Positions 1-8,488 of a stretch of DNA of 64,000 nt are shown here, in pieces (the stretch's first letter is position 1; every line of letters starts with the position of its first letter). The DNA is from Longimicrobiales bacterium (GTDB lineage Bacteria; Gemmatimonadota; Gemmatimonadetes; Longimicrobiales; Gaopeijiaceae): NCBI GenBank assembly GCA_041690395.1, contig JAWLHJ010000007.1:32001-96000 (forward strand), read 5' to 3'. Made by a program: the position numbers and the translations under genes. Below the pieces are notes generated by a model. It was not told the DNA's origin. It saw only the letters and a list, made by a program, of their open reading frames with translations, and did no database searches.

Positions 1-1
1 G

Positions 2-340
2 GTCGGCGAGCTCGGTCAGGAGATGGAACGCCACATGGAGGAAGAGGAGACGGTCCTCTTCCCGAGAATCGCGGCGCTGACATCAGCTGCCGGCGCCGTG
101 GATCTCGGTGACGTTCTCATGCCGTTGGAGGACGACCACGAGCGAGCGGGTGCGCTCATCGCCCGGATACGGACTTTGAGCGGCGGGTTCCGCCCACCTG
201 CGGACGCGTGCACGGCCTACCGTGCGACGTATGCGAAGCTGGAGGAGTTCGAGGCGGACCTGCATCGTCACGTGCATCTGGAAAACAACGTTCTGTTTCC
301 TCAGGCGCGGGCCGCGGCGGAGAACGCGAGGTCCGCGTGA
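2..340 (+). CDS. ric: Iron-sulfur cluster repair di-iron (hemerythrin-like) protein, 5' truncated by the window edge
   Basis: Motifs HMEEEETVLFP, DH..AG, PPADACTAY and DLHRHVHLENNVLFP typical of the Ric/YtfE/ScdA C-terminus; frame open to position 2. Confidence 0.9.
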   Translation, partial: VGELGQEMERHMEEEETVLFPRIAALTSAAGAVDLGDVLMPLEDDHERAGALIARIRTLSGGFRPPADACTAYRATYAKLEEFEADLHRHVHLENNVLFPQARAAAENARSA

Positions 341-1035
341 TCCACGCGTCGGTGGAGCGCGGTGGGAGCGGTGTGCACGCACCGGGATTGGGCGAAAGTC
401 GACGAGCGATCCTCTCCGCCCTGAAGCAGTCGGGCGGCGCGACGGTCCCGGTGCTGGCGCGGATCGTGGATCTCAACATCGAGACGGTCCGCGAGCATCT
501 TCGGACCCTCAGGTCGCAAGGGCTCGTGGAACGCCGTGGCACGCGAAGCGAAGGCCCGGGTCGCCCGACCGTGGTGTACGGCCTGACGGCCGATGCCGAC
601 GCGCTCTTCCCTCGTCGTGAGGCGGAAGTGCTGCGTGAGTTGGCCCTGTTCTTGGAGGAAACAGGGAGGAATGAGGTCCTGAGCGAGTTCTTCGACGATT
701 ACATCCGGCGGACGCGTAGGGAGGCGCTGGAGCGCGTCCAGGGCCTCGAGGGACGGGAGCGACTGGAAGAGGCCGCCCGCATCCTGTCGGAGCAGGGTTT
801 CATGGCGATCGTGGAAGAGAGAGACGGCGTCCCCGAGCTACGCCTGTGCCATTGCCCGCTTCGGGAGTTGGTCGAGGTATCGAAAGTCCCCTGTCGCGCG
901 GAGGTCGAGTTCGTCGGAGCGCTGGTGGGGGAGAAGCTCGTGCGCATCGGGTACATGCCGGATGGGGACGCCACGTGCTGCTATCGTGGCGTGGCGTCAG
1001 CGCTGCGGACCAACTCCACGACAACCGGAAAGTGA
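337..1035 (+). CDS. SufR-like HTH transcriptional regulator with Cys-rich C-terminus
   Basis: GTG at 337 overlaps the ric stop (GTGA); wHTH ETVREHLRTL..QGLV..GPGRPTVVYGLT; C-terminal CHCP...C...CCY. Confidence 0.8.
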   Translation: MIHASVERGGSGVHAPGLGESRRAILSALKQSGGATVPVLARIVDLNIETVREHLRTLRSQGLVERRGTRSEGPGRPTVVYGLTADADALFPRREAEVLRELALFLEETGRNEVLSEFFDDYIRRTRREALERVQGLEGRERLEEAARILSEQGFMAIVEERDGVPELRLCHCPLRELVEVSKVPCRAEVEFVGALVGEKLVRIGYMPDGDATCCYRGVASALRTNSTTTGK

Positions 1036-1814
1036 TCCGAGGCCATGCGCTCGTCCACGACGCCGGCCTCGAGGACGTCCCAGCCGGACGTCGGCGCCGC
1101 GAAGACGAAGTCGATCTCCTTCCGGGGATCGTCCGTGGAGAAGGTGTAGCGATAGCCTTCGGCCTTGGCGGCCTCGGCTGCGCGCTCCTGGAAGAGGGCC
1201 AGTGTCCGTGATCCCGGCTCGTCGTTGAAGTCGCCGAGCAGGATCCAGGGGTGGGGCAGAGTGTCCAGGACCCGGCTCAGGGCGGAGGCCTGCCGGAAGC
1301 GATCGACGTCGTCATCGATCCAGTCGAAGTGGACGTTTACGGCCACGATGGTATCACCCTCGGGGAGGACGACTTCGGCCGCCAGCGCGATTCGCGGTTC
1401 CTGGCCTTGGGGGAGCTCGATCTCCCAGGAACGCTCCAGGGGAAGACCCGAGAGGATGGCCATGCCGTACTGCCCGCCCTGGTACTCCATGAAGGCGCCG
1501 AAGAGCGGCGTCATGTCCAGGAGGCGTCCCAGCTCTGCCGCCTGGTCCACCGATCCGCTTCGCTCTGCCTCTCGATCCACTTCCTGGAGCCCGATGAGGT
1601 CGGCTCCGACCACGCGAAGCACGTCGGCCGTGCGCTCCAGGTCGACGGTGTCGTCCATCCCTCGGCCGTGGCGGATGTTGTACGTGACGACGCGGAGAGC
1701 CTCGCGCGCGTCGGCCCCGTCCGCACCCGTGTCTGCCCCCGGGTGGGTGTCGGCAGGCCCGCAGCTCCACGGGCCGAGCGCTAGAAGCAGAAGCGCCGGC
1801 CACCTCCGGCTCAG
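981..1814 (-). CDS. Endonuclease/exonuclease/phosphatase (EEP) family protein, probable lipoprotein, non-canonical CTG start
   Basis: LRVVTYNIRHG, DLIGLQEVD, ILLGDFND, IDFVF, SDHFPV; the first motif lies upstream of the ORF-track ATG at 1658; CTG at 1814 has GGAGGAGG 7 nt upstream. Confidence 0.85.
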   Translation of the reverse strand: MSRRWPALLLLALGPWSCGPADTHPGADTGADGADAREALRVVTYNIRHGRGMDDTVDLERTADVLRVVGADLIGLQEVDREAERSGSVDQAAELGRLLDMTPLFGAFMEYQGGQYGMAILSGLPLERSWEIELPQGQEPRIALAAEVVLPEGDTIVAVNVHFDWIDDDVDRFRQASALSRVLDTLPHPWILLGDFNDEPGSRTLALFQERAAEAAKAEGYRYTFSTDDPRKEIDFVFAAPTSGWDVLEAGVVDERMASDHFPVVVELVRSADATPR

Positions 1815-3208
1815 AGCCGCACCTCCTCCACCGAGCCAGCCAGCCGGCTCCGCTCCGCCGCGAAGGCCATGACGTGGCTCTCGACCGAAGCGCCGAGGGA
1901 CGAGGTGAGGAGCGAGCTGTCCTGCTGCGACACCGCCTGTACCCAGTTCGCGATGAGCCTCCAGTCTCCGCCACCGTGGCCCGAGCCCGCGTACCGGTCC
2001 ACGTCCAGCACCCGGCTCTCGATGACCTCCCGAGATCCCGTACGGAAGTCATAGACGGTCATCTCGCTCATGTCACCCTCGATGTAGCCCATGCTCCCCA
2101 TGACCCGGGTACGGCGCCCACCCCAGGGGGTGAAGGCCTCCATGGAGAAGCTCGCCGTCACCCCGCCCTCGAAGAGGATGTTCGTGACATAGTGGTCGCA
2201 CTGGTCGTTGTCCATCCGGTAGACGCAGCGCCCGTAGTTCGTCGTGCGGAGGTACTCCAGGATGGCGTCGCCCCACGCCTCGCGGTCGTCCGGCAGGTCG
2301 AACACGTAGAGCCAGGTCCGGTCCCGGTGATAGATCTTCAGGGCGGAGTAGGGGCACTCGGCCTCCACCGCGCATCCGTCCATGCAGCGGGCGGTGCTGC
2401 CCTCGGGCGCGTTGCCCGAGTGGAACCAGGAGAGATCACCGAACGCCTGGATCCGCTGGCTGGGGCGGTCGATCAGCCAGCGGAGCATGTCCAGGTCGTG
2501 CGACGACTTGGCCAGGATGATGGGCGCGGTGGCCACGCTGTCGTGCCAGTTCCCCCGGACGAAGGAGTGGGCCATGTGCACGTGCTCGATGGGCTCGAAG
2601 TGCTGCACGCTTACGACCCGACCGATGGCGCCCGAGCGCATGAGCTCCCGGAGCTTCACGAAGTACGGCGCGTAGCGGAGCACGTGGCAGACGGCCACGA
2701 TTCGACCCGTCTCCTCGGTGAGGGCCAGGATGTCCCGGCATTCCTGTTCGGAGGGCGAGATGGGCTTCTCCAGCAGCACGTCGTACCCCATGCGGAGCGC
2801 CGCCATGCACGGGCCGTAGTGGAGGTCGTCCGGCGTGGTGATGATGATGGCGTCGGCGAACTTCGGCCGGTCGAACACGTGCTCCCAGGTGACGAAGCGG
2901 TGCTCGTCCGCGATGGCGTGGGCCTGTGCGTAGCGCTCGTTCCGGATGGGGATCGGCTCCGCGACGCCCACGATGTCGATCTGATCGGGGTAGGCCAGGG
3001 CGAAGTCACCGTAGGTGTTGCCTCGTGAGCCGGCGCCCAGGGTGATGGCGGTGACGGGCCGCTCGGGCACGCGGAGCGCCTCGGGGTCCGGCAGGATGAG
3101 CGGCTCCCCCGCTTCGTTCCGGGCGTGGGCGGACCACGGGAAGAAGGTGCCTCCGAGAAGAAGGCCCATCGTCTTCAGCGATTCCCGGCGCGACAGATTC
3201 GAGGACAT
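1811..3208 (-). CDS. Tat-exported Gfo/Idh/MocA family oxidoreductase
   Basis: Twin-Arg signal LSRRESLK; GAGSRG, TPDDLH, LLEKP, HDLD; GGAGG before ATG 3208. Confidence 0.88.
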   Translation of the reverse strand: MSSNLSRRESLKTMGLLLGGTFFPWSAHARNEAGEPLILPDPEALRVPERPVTAITLGAGSRGNTYGDFALAYPDQIDIVGVAEPIPIRNERYAQAHAIADEHRFVTWEHVFDRPKFADAIIITTPDDLHYGPCMAALRMGYDVLLEKPISPSEQECRDILALTEETGRIVAVCHVLRYAPYFVKLRELMRSGAIGRVVSVQHFEPIEHVHMAHSFVRGNWHDSVATAPIILAKSSHDLDMLRWLIDRPSQRIQAFGDLSWFHSGNAPEGSTARCMDGCAVEAECPYSALKIYHRDRTWLYVFDLPDDREAWGDAILEYLRTTNYGRCVYRMDNDQCDHYVTNILFEGGVTASFSMEAFTPWGGRRTRVMGSMGYIEGDMSEMTVYDFRTGSREVIESRVLDVDRYAGSGHGGGDWRLIANWVQAVSQQDSSLLTSSLGASVESHVMAFAAERSRLAGSVEEVRL

Positions 3209-3298
3209 GAACGCCTCCATGGGGTGCGGAGGGGGATGGCGTGCGTGCGCCGCTAGAGTACGCGTCGGTCCGCCCCCCAGCAACGAGCGGTGGCTCGC

Positions 3299-4765
3299 TC
3301 AGACCAGCCGGAACGCCGCCGGTCCGGCGCCTGTCGACAGGAACGCGCACGCACCTTCGCGGTCCGGGAACCGCCGGACGTAGTCGGTGCGCCACGCCGC
3401 GAGGAAGCGGGTCACGTCCCCGGCCGGCACCAAGGCCCAGACCGCGCCCCCGAACCCGGCCCCGAAGGCTGAAGCCGCCGGGGCGCCGAGCTCCCGGGCC
3501 GAAGCCACGAGATGGCTCGTTTCCGGGACCTGGTTCCCCAGGACCTCCTCGGCGAGGGCCTGCGAACGTGCGGCGAAGTCCCCCAGGGCGTCCAGGTCAC
3601 CGGCCTGGATCGCGACCGCGGCGCCGGGGACGAGCTCCGAGGACTCGGTGGCGAACTGACGGAATCGGGCGAGGAGACGGGTATGGCCCCCTCGGCGTAG
3701 GATATGCTCCATTCGCGTGGCTGCGTCGGGCGAAACGTCCAGAATGGCGCCCAGATGGGGCTCCTCCCTTCCGGTCTCCTCCCGCCAGATACGGGCCGCG
3801 GCGTGCGTCTCCTCGGCCAGGCGGTTATAGACGTCTTTCGCCCCCGCCGCCTTCTCCGCGCGTAGGCCACTGGACGCCACGGCGAAGACCCAGCCCGGGG
3901 GGACGGGTGCGGCTTCTTCGAAGCGCGTGGGGAGAAATCCGTACCGGACTACCTGACCCGGGCGCGCCGCAAGAATGGCAGCATGGTCCTCGTTGCCTCC
4001 GTCGGTGCCCACGCCGGTGGGTCCTTCCAGGCTCGCGGTGGATCGCGGGTGTTCCGCGCCGAGGCCCGGGAAGGGGCGCCCCGCCTCCACCGCCGCGAGG
4101 TAGGCCGCCAGCCGTTCCCGGGCGCCGAAGTCGGCCGGGACGCCCGCGGCGAGTCCGGACCCCAGCGCGTCGGTGGGCGAGGCCGGGCCCTCCGGATCGA
4201 GCCCGGCGGGCCGTTCGGGCCCTGCTGCCCACTCGAGCCCCGCGGCCAGCGCCAGGAACGTGCCCACCACCAGGGCGCTCGAGCTGCTCATCCCCGACGC
4301 GGGAGGAAGATCGCTGACGAAGGCGACCGAGACGCCGCCTGCCACCTCGGGGAAGTCCCGAGCCAGGCGTCGAACCACGGTGGTGGGGTACAGAGCCCAG
4401 CCCCGGGCCGGGGCTGCCGGCGGGGGCCGGAGGGGGAGCCTCAGCGTCTTTCCTCCCTCGGCGTCGAGCATGAGTACCCCGTCTCCGACGGGCTCGCCGC
4501 GGCCTACGAAGCCGAAGCCCCACTCCATCGCAGCGAGTAGGCTGCGACCGCCCGCGTAGTCGGTGTGCTTGCCCAGGACCTCGATGCGCCCGGGCACGAA
4601 GAAGGCGAAGTCCGGGGCCCCACCGGTTCGGGCCTGGAGGCAGGCACTCGCCTCGACCAGGCCTCGGGCCACACGCTCCGAAGCACCTGTTGACAGCCCT
4701 CCGGCTTCGAGGCGCGCCGTCCAGGCGTCGGGCCCGTCCCGTCGCGCGGGCGCCGGTCCGCTCAC
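3299..4765 (-). CDS. Galactokinase-like GHMP sugar kinase
   Basis: PGRIEVLGKHTDYAGG, PPASGMSSSSA and GAGFGG GHMP motifs. Confidence 0.85.
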   Translation of the reverse strand: MSGPAPARRDGPDAWTARLEAGGLSTGASERVARGLVEASACLQARTGGAPDFAFFVPGRIEVLGKHTDYAGGRSLLAAMEWGFGFVGRGEPVGDGVLMLDAEGGKTLRLPLRPPPAAPARGWALYPTTVVRRLARDFPEVAGGVSVAFVSDLPPASGMSSSSALVVGTFLALAAGLEWAAGPERPAGLDPEGPASPTDALGSGLAAGVPADFGARERLAAYLAAVEAGRPFPGLGAEHPRSTASLEGPTGVGTDGGNEDHAAILAARPGQVVRYGFLPTRFEEAAPVPPGWVFAVASSGLRAEKAAGAKDVYNRLAEETHAAARIWREETGREEPHLGAILDVSPDAATRMEHILRRGGHTRLLARFRQFATESSELVPGAAVAIQAGDLDALGDFAARSQALAEEVLGNQVPETSHLVASARELGAPAASAFGAGFGGAVWALVPAGDVTRFLAAWRTDYVRRFPDREGACAFLSTGAGPAAFRLV

Positions 4766-5592
4766 AAGCGCACCTCCCGCCCTTCGAGCAGCGTCTCGAC
4801 CCGGGGTATGTCCGAGCGCCTCGTGAGGTCCAGCACGCCGGCTTCCACGGGGACCACGCGGACGCAGGCGCCGTCTTCACGCATCCGTAGACGGACCGCG
4901 TCGGGGAGCTCGTACTCACCCCGAGCGGAGAGCGGCACGCGTCGGCAGGTGTCCAAGGTGGCCGGCGTGAGGCGCCAGCAGGTCATGCTCACCATGGGAT
5001 CCGCACCGAAGGTGGCGGCCTCGCCCTTGTCCGGCTTCTCCACGATCCGGTCCATGCAACCCTGCCCATCGACGGAGATCAACGCGAATGACGCGATCCG
5101 CGAGGCCTCGATGCCCGACTTCTCGACGAGCGCTCGCGCCCGGAATCCCGCCAGGCCGTCTCCCTCCAGGCGGCGCACTTCCGAGACCACTGCGGCCGGG
5201 TAGAGGTTGTCGCCGTTGACGACCAGGACCGGATCGTCGTCGGCGAAGCCTCGAGCGGCGAGCAGCGCGTGGGCGGAGCCCGTGGGTTTCTCCTGTACCG
5301 CAACATGCACCTCGAGACGCCGGGAGCCCCTCCGGACCTCTTGCTGTCGCAGGTATCTCCCGATCGGATCGTCGCCCGGGCCCACCACCACGCACACATC
5401 CTGGATGCCACCGTCGGCGAGGGCGCTCATGACGTGGGCCAGGAAGGGGTGGCCGTGGAACGGGATGAGCGTCTTCAGTCCGAGGTCGGCCCAGTGTGCC
5501 TGCCGTTCGTCCAGCGTAGGGTCGCCTGCGTGACTCGCCCGCATGCGCGATCCCCGACCCGCGGCCAGCACCACGGCCTTCGCGGCGCTCAC
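4762..5592 (-). CDS. Sugar-1-phosphate nucleotidyltransferase (NTP_transferase family)
   Basis: KAVVLAAGRGSRMR, QEKPTGSAHA, VVNGDNLY, IVEKP, RGEYELPDA; GTG start at 5592. Confidence 0.88.
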   Translation of the reverse strand: MSAAKAVVLAAGRGSRMRASHAGDPTLDERQAHWADLGLKTLIPFHGHPFLAHVMSALADGGIQDVCVVVGPGDDPIGRYLRQQEVRRGSRRLEVHVAVQEKPTGSAHALLAARGFADDDPVLVVNGDNLYPAAVVSEVRRLEGDGLAGFRARALVEKSGIEASRIASFALISVDGQGCMDRIVEKPDKGEAATFGADPMVSMTCWRLTPATLDTCRRVPLSARGEYELPDAVRLRMREDGACVRVVPVEAGVLDLTRRSDIPRVETLLEGREVRL

Positions 5593-5651
5593 GCGCCGCG
5601 GACGGGGCCGCCGCCCACGGGTGCGCCGCCCACGGGCGCGCCGCCGCTCAT
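5589..5651 (-). CDS. 20-aa bridging mini-ORF MSGGAPVGGAPVGGGPVRGA
   Basis: ATG overlaps the PQQ gene stop (ATGA); its TGA overlaps the GTG of the nucleotidyltransferase (GTGA). Confidence 0.45.
   Translation of the reverse strand: MSGGAPVGGAPVGGGPVRGA
5601..5645 (-). repeat. Three imperfect 15-bp tandem repeats (GGCGGCGCNCCCGTG)
   Basis: Minus strand reads GGCGGCGCGCCCGTG GGCGGCGCACCCGTG GGCGGCGGCCCCGTC. Confidence 0.8.
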
Positions 5652-7576
5652 CGACCCGCGGGAAGCGCGAGCGCCACGAGCTCGGCCGGCTCACCGTTTC
5701 CTCCGACGGACATGACCACGTACTGCCGTCCGCGGTGCATGTAGGTCATGGGAAGACCGACCTGAGGTGCGGGCAGGGCAATCTCGGCGACGACCTCGCC
5801 GGTGGCCTTGTCGTAGGCACGAAAGATGGGGTCGCCCGACGCGCCCTCACCCCCCATCAGCAAGGTGCGGGTCACGACGAGGCCTGCCCGGGACGTCTGG
5901 CCGGTCTGCGGGATGAGCGCCGGATCCAGGCCCAACTCCTCGGCCACGTGCGGCGGCGTTCTGCCGTTCGGCACCATCCAGGCATGCTCCCCCGAGGTCA
6001 GGTCGATGGCCGTGATCCGCCCCCACGGAGGCTCGACGATGGGGACGCCGGGGGCGAGTTGGGCACGGGCAGGGCCCGCGATGTAGTCCATGTCGGAGAG
6101 ATCGCCTCCGGGCACGAGGGCCAGCACCGAGGGCGACGTGTGGGACCCGACGTAGAGGAGCCCCGTTTCAGGGTCCAGCGCGCCCCCTTCCCAATTGGCA
6201 CCGCCCAGGGAGCCCGGCAGCGACAGGGTCCCTTTCGTGCCGTCGGGGGCGTCCGCAAGCGACGGCGGGGTGAAGATCGGTCCCATCCGGTAGGCTCGGG
6301 AGATCTCCAGGGCGCGCGCCCTGATCTCCGGCGTGAAGTCGATCAGGTCGTCTTCGGAGAAGCCCTGGCGCTCGAATGGTGCCGGCCGGGTGGGGAAGGG
6401 CTGGGTGGCGGCCGTCCATTCACCGGGGACATCGGTCTGGGGCACTGGACGCTCTTCGATGGGCCACACGGGCTCCCCCGTCAGGCGGTCGAAGACGTAG
6501 ACCCATCCCTGCTTCGTGAGCTGCGCGACGACCTTCCGCGGACGACCGTCGATGACGATGTCCGCGAGGATCGGTGCCGTCGGGTTGTCCCAGTCCCAGA
6601 TGTCGTGATGGATGAGCTGGAAGTGCCAGACCTTTTCTCCGGTCCGACTGTCCAGACACACGAGGCTGGTAGAGAAGAGGTTGTTTCCGGGCCGGTGGCC
6701 GCCGTAGTAGTCGCCCGTGGCGGCCTCGGTCGGGAGGTACAGGTAGCCGGTCTCCGGGTCCCAGGAGATCTGAGCCCACACCGCGGCGTTGCCCGTGTAG
6801 CGCCAGGCGTCGTCGAGCCACGTGTCGTGGCCTTCCTCCCCGGGGTCCGGGATCGTCTGGAAGGTCCAGAGCTCCACACCGGTCCGAACATCGAAGGCCC
6901 GGACGTCGCCCGGGGTGTTGACCCTCGAGGGCGGGCGCATGCCGACGTGGTGCGCGGAGCCCACCACGACGATGTCGCCGACCACGGCGGGAGGCGAGCT
7001 GGCCCCGATGGAGCCCACCAGATCGATTCCGTCCCGGGTGCGGTGCCCCCGGTGCAGGTCGATGACGCCCGCATCCCCGAACTCCGGCACCGGGAGCCCG
7101 GTCGAGGCGTCGAGCGCCACGAGCTGGTAGCCGGGCGTGATGGCCAGCACGCGGCCCCGACCGTCTTCGTCCGCCCAGTACGCCACGCCGCGCCCGGGGT
7201 TGGCCCGCGGCGCGAGGTCGAGCCGCTCGCCTTCTTCGATGCTCCAACTCCAGAGCGTCTCGCCGGTCCCCCCGTCGATGGCGACCACCGACCGATCGAT
7301 GCCGGCAGTGGCATACAGGACGCCCTTCACCATGAGCGGCGTCGTGGCGCTGCGGATGAGCGGGTTGCTGCCGTAGTCGCGCGCGCTCCAACGCCACGCG
7401 ACCTCGAGGTCGCGAACGTTGCTCCGGTCGATCTGGTCGAGCGGAGCGTATCGCGTGTGCCCGGGATCCCCACCATAGACCGGCCAGGCGCCGTCGGGGG
7501 CGCCTGACTGAGCGGTTGCGGATGCGGTGAAGAGCCAGAACGAGAGAGTCGCGACGAGCAGCGGCGGACGTGGCAT
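5648..7576 (-). CDS. Exported PQQ-dependent dehydrogenase (glucose/quinate dehydrogenase family)
   Basis: Signal peptide ending ATA-Q; WPVYGGD..RYAPLDQI, Trp-docking repeats, HHDIWDWD, GGANWEG, PPWGRITAIDL, PMTY..GRQYVV. Confidence 0.9.
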   Translation of the reverse strand: MPRPPLLVATLSFWLFTASATAQSGAPDGAWPVYGGDPGHTRYAPLDQIDRSNVRDLEVAWRWSARDYGSNPLIRSATTPLMVKGVLYATAGIDRSVVAIDGGTGETLWSWSIEEGERLDLAPRANPGRGVAYWADEDGRGRVLAITPGYQLVALDASTGLPVPEFGDAGVIDLHRGHRTRDGIDLVGSIGASSPPAVVGDIVVVGSAHHVGMRPPSRVNTPGDVRAFDVRTGVELWTFQTIPDPGEEGHDTWLDDAWRYTGNAAVWAQISWDPETGYLYLPTEAATGDYYGGHRPGNNLFSTSLVCLDSRTGEKVWHFQLIHHDIWDWDNPTAPILADIVIDGRPRKVVAQLTKQGWVYVFDRLTGEPVWPIEERPVPQTDVPGEWTAATQPFPTRPAPFERQGFSEDDLIDFTPEIRARALEISRAYRMGPIFTPPSLADAPDGTKGTLSLPGSLGGANWEGGALDPETGLLYVGSHTSPSVLALVPGGDLSDMDYIAGPARAQLAPGVPIVEPPWGRITAIDLTSGEHAWMVPNGRTPPHVAEELGLDPALIPQTGQTSRAGLVVTRTLLMGGEGASGDPIFRAYDKATGEVVAEIALPAPQVGLPMTYMHRGRQYVVMSVGGNGEPAELVALALPAGR

Positions 7577-7696
7577 CGGCCCTCGGTGTAGGTGTGCGGC
7601 TGGAATCCGGCTCGCAATATGGAGCGGGGGCCAGGAGGGCGCGACCATGTAGGATCCGGGGCTGGCACGCCGGCCTTAAGTCCCTCTGACTCTAGG

Positions 7697-7820
7697 ATTG
7701 CATGGATCTGTACAAGCGGCACGCGATTGCATAATTTAATGCACTTCAAGTTCTGGATCGGAGCCACCCATCGTGCATCTTTTCGTACACGGCGACGCGA
7801 CTTGCCCGAATCCATGCAAT
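7697..7820. promoter_or_regulatory. Array of four 18-bp palindromic operator-like boxes between the divergent PQQ operon and satD
   Basis: TTGCA-TGGATCTG-TACAA 7698-7715; TTGCA-TAATTTAA-TGCAC 7727-7744; GTGCA-TCTTTTCG-TACAC 7773-7790; TTGCC-CGAATCCA-TGCAA 7802-7819; 29-bp spacing within each pair. Confidence 0.75.
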
Positions 7821-7855
7821 ACGGGCCCGTCCGGGCATCCCTTCGGCACCCCGCG

Positions 7856-8488
7856 ATGAGCTACTTTGCGATCATCGGGGACCTCGTCGGCTCGAGGCAG
7901 ATGAACGACCGCGCCGCGGTGCAGCTTCGCTTCCGCGAGGCGGTTGACGAAGCCAACGATGTGGCCCACGGACATCTCACCGTGCCTCTCAAGCTGACGG
8001 CGGGTGACGAAGTGCAGGGCATCACGGGCCGGCCGGAGACGCTCGTCGAGATCATGGTGCGCGTGTCCGACGCCCTCGCGCCAGCGAGCCTCGCCTGGGG
8101 TTGGGGATACGGCGAGCTCACCACGGACCTGGTGGACGACGTCTCGTTGCTGGACGGACCCTGTCTGCACCGAGCCCGTGACGCTGTGGAGGCGGCGAAG
8201 AAGGCCTCGAGCTGGCTCGAAATTTCGGGTTTCCCCGAGCCTTCCGCCCAGGTCCTGTCTGCGTTGATGAACCTCATCGGCTCCGTTCGCGCGGGCTGGA
8301 CGGAACGGCAAGCCGAGGTCGTACGGGCCTCCAGGGGGAGGCTGCAGGTGGAGGCGGCGGAGCTGCTGGGAGTCGGCCCATCGACCGTAAGCCGCGCACT
8401 GAGCTCCGCACATGCTTCCCGTGTGTTCGCTGGAGAAGAGGCAGCCAAGGCGCTCCTGGAGAGCCTGACCTGGAGCCGCACCCCGTGA
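7856..8488 (+). CDS. SatD family protein (nucleotidyl-cyclase-like N-domain + C-terminal HTH)
   Basis: YFAIIGDLVGSR, TAGDEVQG, DGPCLHRARDA, WTERQAEV, Q.EAAELLGVGPSTVSRAL. Confidence 0.8.
   Translation: MSYFAIIGDLVGSRQMNDRAAVQLRFREAVDEANDVAHGHLTVPLKLTAGDEVQGITGRPETLVEIMVRVSDALAPASLAWGWGYGELTTDLVDDVSLLDGPCLHRARDAVEAAKKASSWLEISGFPEPSAQVLSALMNLIGSVRAGWTERQAEVVRASRGRLQVEAAELLGVGPSTVSRALSSAHASRVFAGEEAAKALLESLTWSRTP

Noticed and set aside
7717..7732. CGGCACGCGATTGCA as a sigma54 promoter for satD
   Set aside because: GG-to-GC spacing is 9 nt, not the required 10; better explained as part of the operator array
7698..7819. Operator array read as a mini-CRISPR or IS end
   Set aside because: Repeats are 18-bp degenerate palindromes with 11/28/11-bp gaps; no cas or transposase genes and no target-site duplication seen
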